This document shows positions 59,243 through 64,000 of a DNA stretch of 64,000 nucleotides, piece by piece (position 1 is the first letter of the stretch; each line of letters opens with the position of its first letter). The stretch spans positions 93,266-157,265 of the forward strand of contig JBEDTR010000005.1 of the NCBI GenBank assembly GCA_040119125.1, written 5' to 3'. The position numbers and the translations under genes were made by a program. The DNA comes from Marinobacter sp. (lineage in GTDB: Bacteria > Pseudomonadota > Alphaproteobacteria > Rhodobacterales > Rhodobacteraceae). A model generated the notes under the pieces. That model saw only the letters and a program-made list of their open reading frames with translations, ran no database searches and had not been told where the DNA came from.

Positions 59243-59398
59243 ATGTGGTGGATCTCCGAAATCTCGCTGGGCGACGTCATCGTCACCTTCCTGGCGTGTT
59301 GCCTTCTGCACGAACTGATGGTGCTGTGCCTTCCTGACCGCATTGCGGGTCCGGGCGGGTGGCTCATCAATACAAATGATCGGTCCCGCCGGGGCTAG
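59243..59398 (+). CDS. Small hypothetical membrane protein (51 aa, not in the ORF track)
   Basis: MWWISEISLGDVIVTFLACCLLHELMVLCLPDRIAGPGGWLINTNDRSRRG; AAAAGG SD upstream, GC3-rich codons, and a hairpin 8 nt after the stop. Confidence 0.5.
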   Translation: MWWISEISLGDVIVTFLACCLLHELMVLCLPDRIAGPGGWLINTNDRSRRG

Positions 59399-59406
59399 CG
59401 ACATCA

Positions 59407-59443
59407 CCGAAGGGCGGGGCGCAGGCAGGCCCCCGCCCTTCGG
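59407..59443. terminator. 13-bp hairpin between convergent genes
   Basis: CCGAAGGGCGGGG...CCCCGCCCTTCGG. Confidence 0.6.
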
Positions 59444-59537
59444 CAACTCGTAGCGCAGGCGTAGCATAGGGCACCGATAGGGACGCAGGGGTCAGGCAGA
59501 CCCTACCCTCCCCAAAGGCGACCTTCGTGCTAAAGGC

Positions 59538-61256
59538 TCAGACCATTTCCTCGGGAACACCGGGATACATTCGGCCAAATTTCTCGGCCGGCTGGATCGG
59601 ATAGGGCAGGATGAACCCACGCCGGTCCTGCGGATCGCGCGTGGAGTTGCCCACTGCAAGCCGCCGCCACGCGGCGGGCGCGCGATCGAGGTCAAAGAAT
59701 TCCTCGCCCGCATCGGCGGGGAGCCAATGGGCCGGACAGGTTTTCCTGAGCCGCGCGACATCTTCGCGCTGGTCCAGAAACGCGCCTGCTTCAGTATCCC
59801 AATGCAGGCTGCGCCCATTGAGGTTCGCGGAGGACACAATCGCCCGCTGGTCGTCAAAGATCGACACTTTCGCGTGCAGATAGATCAGCGGTGCGCCGTA
59901 AAGCTTCGCCCGAGGATGCAGACCCTCCGGGGCGGGACGTGGCTGTGCGGGCGACCCGATAAAGCAGCGTTTGCCAAACGCCTTTCGCACCCGGCGCACA
60001 CACCATGCCTGCAGATATTCCCCGAACCGCGCATCGGCCATCTTGTTGCCTTCAAACGCCACATCTTCGGGGGCGGCGGGCAGGATCAGGATCAGACCCA
60101 GATGCGGGTGGCGCTGCGCGGCGCGCGCCAAGGCCCGTGCCAATCGACGGTCGCGGAAATACTGGCTTTCAAGGTAGATCAAGCGCCGGGCACGCTGCAC
60201 TTCGTTGTAATGCGCGTCGGCCAGTTCCGACAGAACCGGCTTTGGCGACATCGCACCGAGCGCACATTTGCGACGCGAAGAAACGCTTCGCAGCAGGCCC
60301 GGAAACTTGCGTGTCGGTCGCTGTCCGTATGTGGTCGCTCGGAATTCTTGCAAGTAATCGTCGGCATGGCCGGCGATCTCCCCGGTCAGCAGCAATTGCA
60401 CATCATGCCATGTTTCTTCGGCCGGGCGATCATGGCGCTTGGTGTCGAACCGGCGCTCATCCAGATCAAGGCCGCCGATATACAGATACGTGCGGTCGAA
60501 CACTGCCAGTTTCTGATGGTGGGTCGTGGGCACAAGCGGCGGGAACGGCCAGCGGCGCGGACGCATGTGGTCGCGGATACGATCACGCAGATGCAGGTGG
60601 CCATCATCCTCGCGCGCGCGTCGACGGGCCTTCTCTGCCTTGCGGGCAGCCTTACGCTCCGCACGTTGTTCGGCAGTTTCTTCGGACATGGCCACCATCC
60701 ACGGCACCATGCGCGGCATTTCGGCCATCGCCTTACGGCGGGGATGAGGCTCCATGTCGTTCAGCTTCTCGGCCAGCTTACCCAACTGACCCTGCACTTT
60801 GGGCCACAGGATGGTGCGGGGCAGAAAACCCACCCGGGCCGGATGTAGAGAGACGCGCGCGCGCAGCAGCGGTCCGTTGCCGGACGCCTCGCCCGCCGCG
60901 ATGATGCGGCGCAGCGCCTCATGGGAGGAGCGGTGCAAATCACCACGAGCGATGGGGTCGAAATCACTGATTGTCAGATCGATCCGCACGCCGCGCTCCA
61001 GCGTGTGCTGGATCAGGTCATACCAAGTCGACCCGATGTCCCGCGCAGCGTCGGACAAAAGCGGGGTCGCGGGATCAAACACGCGGAAACTGGCGCGAAT
61101 TTCGCGCTCCGCTTCCAGAAATCGTTGCTCCAATACCGGATAGGCTTCTTCGGCGGTCAGCAGCACGCGCAGAAGGGACATTAGTGGGGCTTTCCTCTCT
61201 CGTTCCGCGTTGCCCGCGTCAAGGATTGGTCCTGTCTGGGGCTCTTCACGGAACAT
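59538..61256 (-). CDS. Phospholipase D / cardiolipin-synthase-like protein
   Basis: Two HKD motifs (HHQKLAVFD, LHAKVSIFD), GGLDL, WHD, IYLESQYF and SSANLNGRS. Alternative start at 61181. Confidence 0.9.
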   Translation of the reverse strand: MFREEPQTGPILDAGNAERERKAPLMSLLRVLLTAEEAYPVLEQRFLEAEREIRASFRVFDPATPLLSDAARDIGSTWYDLIQHTLERGVRIDLTISDFDPIARGDLHRSSHEALRRIIAAGEASGNGPLLRARVSLHPARVGFLPRTILWPKVQGQLGKLAEKLNDMEPHPRRKAMAEMPRMVPWMVAMSEETAEQRAERKAARKAEKARRRAREDDGHLHLRDRIRDHMRPRRWPFPPLVPTTHHQKLAVFDRTYLYIGGLDLDERRFDTKRHDRPAEETWHDVQLLLTGEIAGHADDYLQEFRATTYGQRPTRKFPGLLRSVSSRRKCALGAMSPKPVLSELADAHYNEVQRARRLIYLESQYFRDRRLARALARAAQRHPHLGLILILPAAPEDVAFEGNKMADARFGEYLQAWCVRRVRKAFGKRCFIGSPAQPRPAPEGLHPRAKLYGAPLIYLHAKVSIFDDQRAIVSSANLNGRSLHWDTEAGAFLDQREDVARLRKTCPAHWLPADAGEEFFDLDRAPAAWRRLAVGNSTRDPQDRRGFILPYPIQPAEKFGRMYPGVPEEMV

Positions 61257-61265
61257 TTGGCGGTC

Positions 61266-62999
61266 CTAATAATCCTTGGCGTCCTGTAAGAACTCCTCAA
61301 CTGCGAATTCGGCCTCAAGCTTATGCTCGTTTTCTTCGTCAGTGACGTCGAGTGATGCGCCGAGCTGCGTCGCGAAGGCGCGAATAAGCTGCGAACCGAG
61401 TCCCGAAGGTTCGTCTCCCGCCCCCGTATGCATGCGCTCGCCCTTGGAATTGGCGACGGTCAGGCAGGCCCGCTTATCGGGCAGTTTGTGAATGGTGATA
61501 CGAATCCAGCCACCGGATTCATCCGTGCTGCCGACATTTTTGAGCGCGTTGGTGATCGCCTCGGCGGTCATCAGCGACAAAGGCACGGCTTGATCGGGAT
61601 AGAGGATGACATCCTCCACATCGACTTCCACCTCCGGATGCGCAAAGGTTCGTGTCGTTCCGACAACCATCATCTGGCCGACCAGCTCCTTGATGAGCCT
61701 GCCGGCGTTGACCTTACCCAGATCCTCGGTCTGATAGAGGTTCCGGTGGATCGTGGCGAGGCTCAGAACCCGCTCCTGAAGACGCTTGAGCACGACACGT
61801 GTTTCGCTCGACTGCGCTTTGCGGACCTGCATGTTCATGATCGAGGAGATCAGCTGCAAGTTATTCTTGACCCGGTGATGGACTTCCTTGAGCAGGATGT
61901 TGCGCTCACGCAAAGCGTTCTCAAGCGTCGCCTCATCCTGCATCAGAGCGCTGGCCATGTGGAGGAAATCGGTTTCCATCTCCAGCAGCTCTTGGCTCAT
62001 CTCAGAGCTTTTCGATGGCGGCTCAATATGGCGATCCCGCGCGAAACGGCGCATCTGGCCCCCGATGCGATGCACATGACGAATGACCAGCCGATGCACG
62101 GCGAAATAAGCCACGACGAGGCTCGCCATCCACATCAATAGCGGAAACAGCCAGCCCGGAAGATACCCTTGCGGCGTCAATGCGTTGTTAGGGGAAGACC
62201 AGCTTCCCAGCGCATATAGCTGCCCCGGCAACAGCTGCACGGCTGCATAGACCCGAGGCTCCCCGGCTGCATTGCGGCCTTCAAACACGGTCGGCGCCTT
62301 CCCGACCAATTCCGACAAGCGCTGCGATGATGGCAGGCGATCCCCCACACCAGCGACGCCATTTTCGGCGGTAATGATGTCGCCCTTGTAGTTGAAGGTC
62401 ACCAACCCCGCAGGCTTAGCGATTTGCACCATGTCAGGCTCGGTCTCGACCAGCGCATGAGGCACCCACAAGATGACATAGCCGACCAGACCGTTCTCGC
62501 GGTAAAGCGGATGCGCGACAACGACCACGGATTCTTCGGTCATCGGAGCGCGCAACGTGGCGCCAATCATCGGGCGGGGATCGGATAGAATTTCCTGAAA
62601 GACCGGATAGGACGAAAAATCGAGCGCCTCATCTACCGAGGAGCAGCGCACCATACCGTCAAGTTCGAGGAAGCCTACGAAACTGTAACGCCCGGCTTCT
62701 TCGATATATTCGCCAAGGGTGGTGGAGCAGTCGGCGGAATCCCCGCGCAGGCGCGCAATGATCGCACCCAATGCCTCGGCTGCGCCGAAGCTACGTTGCA
62801 GCAATTGTCTTTCGCCCGAGGCCGCCTGGTCCGTCAACGCAAGGAGGCTCAGCACCGAACGTTGCCGAACCTCCTTGGAGACTTGGGCCGTCTGCATGAC
62901 CGCGATCAACCCGATGGGCAGAAGCGCGATCGACAGAAAGGCGACGAGACGGACGACCAGACCCCTGCGCCACGATAGGTGCGAGGCAGATCGAAACAT
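61266..62999 (-). CDS. Membrane sensor histidine kinase, HisKA_2 family (PhyK-like, general stress response)
   Basis: Two TM helices with a periplasmic domain, EVHHRVKNNLQ, EAITNALK and GLGSQLI; TGATG overlap with ecfG. Confidence 0.9.
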   Translation of the reverse strand: MFRSASHLSWRRGLVVRLVAFLSIALLPIGLIAVMQTAQVSKEVRQRSVLSLLALTDQAASGERQLLQRSFGAAEALGAIIARLRGDSADCSTTLGEYIEEAGRYSFVGFLELDGMVRCSSVDEALDFSSYPVFQEILSDPRPMIGATLRAPMTEESVVVVAHPLYRENGLVGYVILWVPHALVETEPDMVQIAKPAGLVTFNYKGDIITAENGVAGVGDRLPSSQRLSELVGKAPTVFEGRNAAGEPRVYAAVQLLPGQLYALGSWSSPNNALTPQGYLPGWLFPLLMWMASLVVAYFAVHRLVIRHVHRIGGQMRRFARDRHIEPPSKSSEMSQELLEMETDFLHMASALMQDEATLENALRERNILLKEVHHRVKNNLQLISSIMNMQVRKAQSSETRVVLKRLQERVLSLATIHRNLYQTEDLGKVNAGRLIKELVGQMMVVGTTRTFAHPEVEVDVEDVILYPDQAVPLSLMTAEAITNALKNVGSTDESGGWIRITIHKLPDKRACLTVANSKGERMHTGAGDEPSGLGSQLIRAFATQLGASLDVTDEENEHKLEAEFAVEEFLQDAKDY

Positions 63000-63562
63000 C
63001 AGATGGGTGTGGATCCGTTTGCTGCGACAATTGCCATGGTTGCTCCGTCCGTCATTTCCAGCCTGTCGCCCTTTTCAAGGTGCATGAGTTCCCCGAGCCG
63101 TGCGCGTCCGCGGTTGGCGCGACTTTTGATCGTGCCTACGGCGACGCCGCACATGCCGGCTGCTTCTTCGTAAGAGAAACCAGAAGCCCCGACAAGGATC
63201 AACGCTTCGCGTTGCTCGTCAGGCAGTTGCGCGAATGCGACACGGAAATCGGCCATCTGGAGCCGTCCATCATGCGCAGGCTTCTCCGCAAGGCCCGCGG
63301 TGAACACGCCGTCCACATCCGCAACCTCGCGCTTCATCTTGCGCCGGTTGGAATAGAAGGTGTTCCGCAGGATCGTGAAGAGCCACGCCCTCAGATTCGT
63401 GCCGACCTTGAATTTTTCGATATTGGTCCACGCCTTGACCACGGTGTCCTGCACCAGATCGTCAGCGGCTGCGCCATTACGGGTCAGAGAGATCGCGAAC
63501 GCGCGAAGGGCCGGCAGATGCTCTACCAGCTCGTCCCGCGGATCGACCGCGGCATCACTCAT
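62999..63562 (-). CDS. ecfG: ECF sigma factor EcfG (SigT/RpoE2 type)
   Basis: LPALRAFAISL, ADDLVQDT, GTNLRAWLFTILRN and GTIKSRANR; located downstream of nepR. Confidence 0.92.
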   Translation of the reverse strand: MSDAAVDPRDELVEHLPALRAFAISLTRNGAAADDLVQDTVVKAWTNIEKFKVGTNLRAWLFTILRNTFYSNRRKMKREVADVDGVFTAGLAEKPAHDGRLQMADFRVAFAQLPDEQREALILVGASGFSYEEAAGMCGVAVGTIKSRANRGRARLGELMHLEKGDRLEMTDGATMAIVAANGSTPI

Positions 63563-63723
63563 TTAATTTCCTCCGCCCGCTTGGTTCCGGTCTGAGCCTT
63601 CAGCTTGGACAGCAGGTCGGCGAACCGATCCGGGATGTCCTCTTCCAGCTTTTCTTGGAACACACGCTTGAGGTTTTCATCGATCTCACGCGCGTATGCA
63701 GGCTTACTGCTGTCTTCCGCCAT
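63559..63723 (-). CDS. nepR: Anti-sigma factor NepR (54 aa, not in the ORF track)
   Basis: MAEDSSKPAYAREIDENLKRVFQEKLEEDIPDRFADLLSKLKAQTGTKRAEEIK; ATGA overlap with ecfG. Confidence 0.92.
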   Translation of the reverse strand: MAEDSSKPAYAREIDENLKRVFQEKLEEDIPDRFADLLSKLKAQTGTKRAEEIK

Positions 63724-63752
63724 TCACCCTTGCCTTTAGTGTATATTTTCAC

Positions 63753-63798
63753 TTTTTCTGGAACCAAACACATCCCGGCACGTTCGGTTCCAGAAAAA
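63753..63798. promoter_or_regulatory. Overlapping divergent EcfG-dependent promoters
   Basis: + strand GGAAC(63760)-N16-CGTT(63781) toward phyR; - strand GGAAC(63791)-N16-TGTT(63770) toward nepR. Confidence 0.82.
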
Positions 63799-63819
63799 AT
63801 GCAAAAAGGCAGATTTGCG

Positions 63820-64000
63820 ATGACAGACCAAGCGACCGAGACCGACCTGACTTCTATGATCGGTGCGGAGCTTCCTTTTCTTAGACGGTATGCGCGCGCG
63901 CTCACAGGTAGCCAAGGCACGGGCGACAATTACGCGATCGCGACGCTCGAGGCGATCCTTGAGGACAGTTCGGTGTTTGAAGAGGGCCTTGCCCCGAAAG
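63820..64000 (+). CDS. phyR: Anti-anti-sigma response regulator PhyR, 3'-truncated by the window edge
   Basis: MTDQATETDLTSMIGAELPFLRRYARALTGSQGTGDNYAIATLEAIL; divergent from nepR-ecfG. Confidence 0.92.
   Translation, partial: MTDQATETDLTSMIGAELPFLRRYARALTGSQGTGDNYAIATLEAILEDSSVFEEGLAPK

Noticed and set aside
53492-59500. Active genomic island or prophage integrated at tRNA-Met (also considered for tRNA-Arg)
   Set aside because: I found no integrase and no duplicated tRNA 3' end (att) by eye; at most this is an old insertion.

Overview
High-GC alphaproteobacterial chromosome segment; gene content and order point to Rhodobacteraceae/Roseobacteraceae (inference). It is mostly core genome: the 3' part of fabI, tRNA-Arg(CCT), a LacI regulator, a GT2/LAB_N/ArnT lipid A or LPS modification trio, lolA, hspQ, ggt, glpK, uvrC, prmA, ruvCAB, ghrA, mreB-mreC-mreD-mrdA-rodA, ybbP/ybbA/tesA, mnmH with an oxidoreductase-selD fusion, tRNA-Met, and the general stress response locus (phyR / nepR-ecfG-HisKA_2 kinase-PLD). 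The main points of interest are five. (1) The 276-bp gap upstream of uvrC holds a perfect DnaA box, further degenerate boxes, an exact IHF consensus, a Fis/NtrC-like palindrome and 11-bp-phased CtrA-like half-sites, making it a strong oriC candidate. (2) A nine-gene operon plus divergent RidA (NMT1/ThiY-type ABC importer, CodA-like deaminase, FAD oxidoreductase, two flavodoxin-fold reductases, 2OG-Fe(II) dioxygenase, creatininase) sits behind an NtrC-like box and looks like an uncharacterised N-heterocycle (possibly pterin) scavenging pathway; this is my best candidate for an undescribed system. (3) A transglutaminase/amidoligase/CP-ATP-grasp/alpha-E peptide-ligase operon has a 7x Gln-rich pentapeptide repeat at the ATP-grasp N-terminus. 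(4) A ~160-bp tandem REP-like array and phased GGGTAAGGT repeats lie between glpK and uvrC. (5) An acidic autotransporter and an OmpA-domain gene flank a shared promoter region next to tRNA-Met, followed by an unlisted 51-aa ORF. No integrase, transposase, rRNA or CRISPR array was seen. All calls come from reading motifs by eye; no database searches were run.
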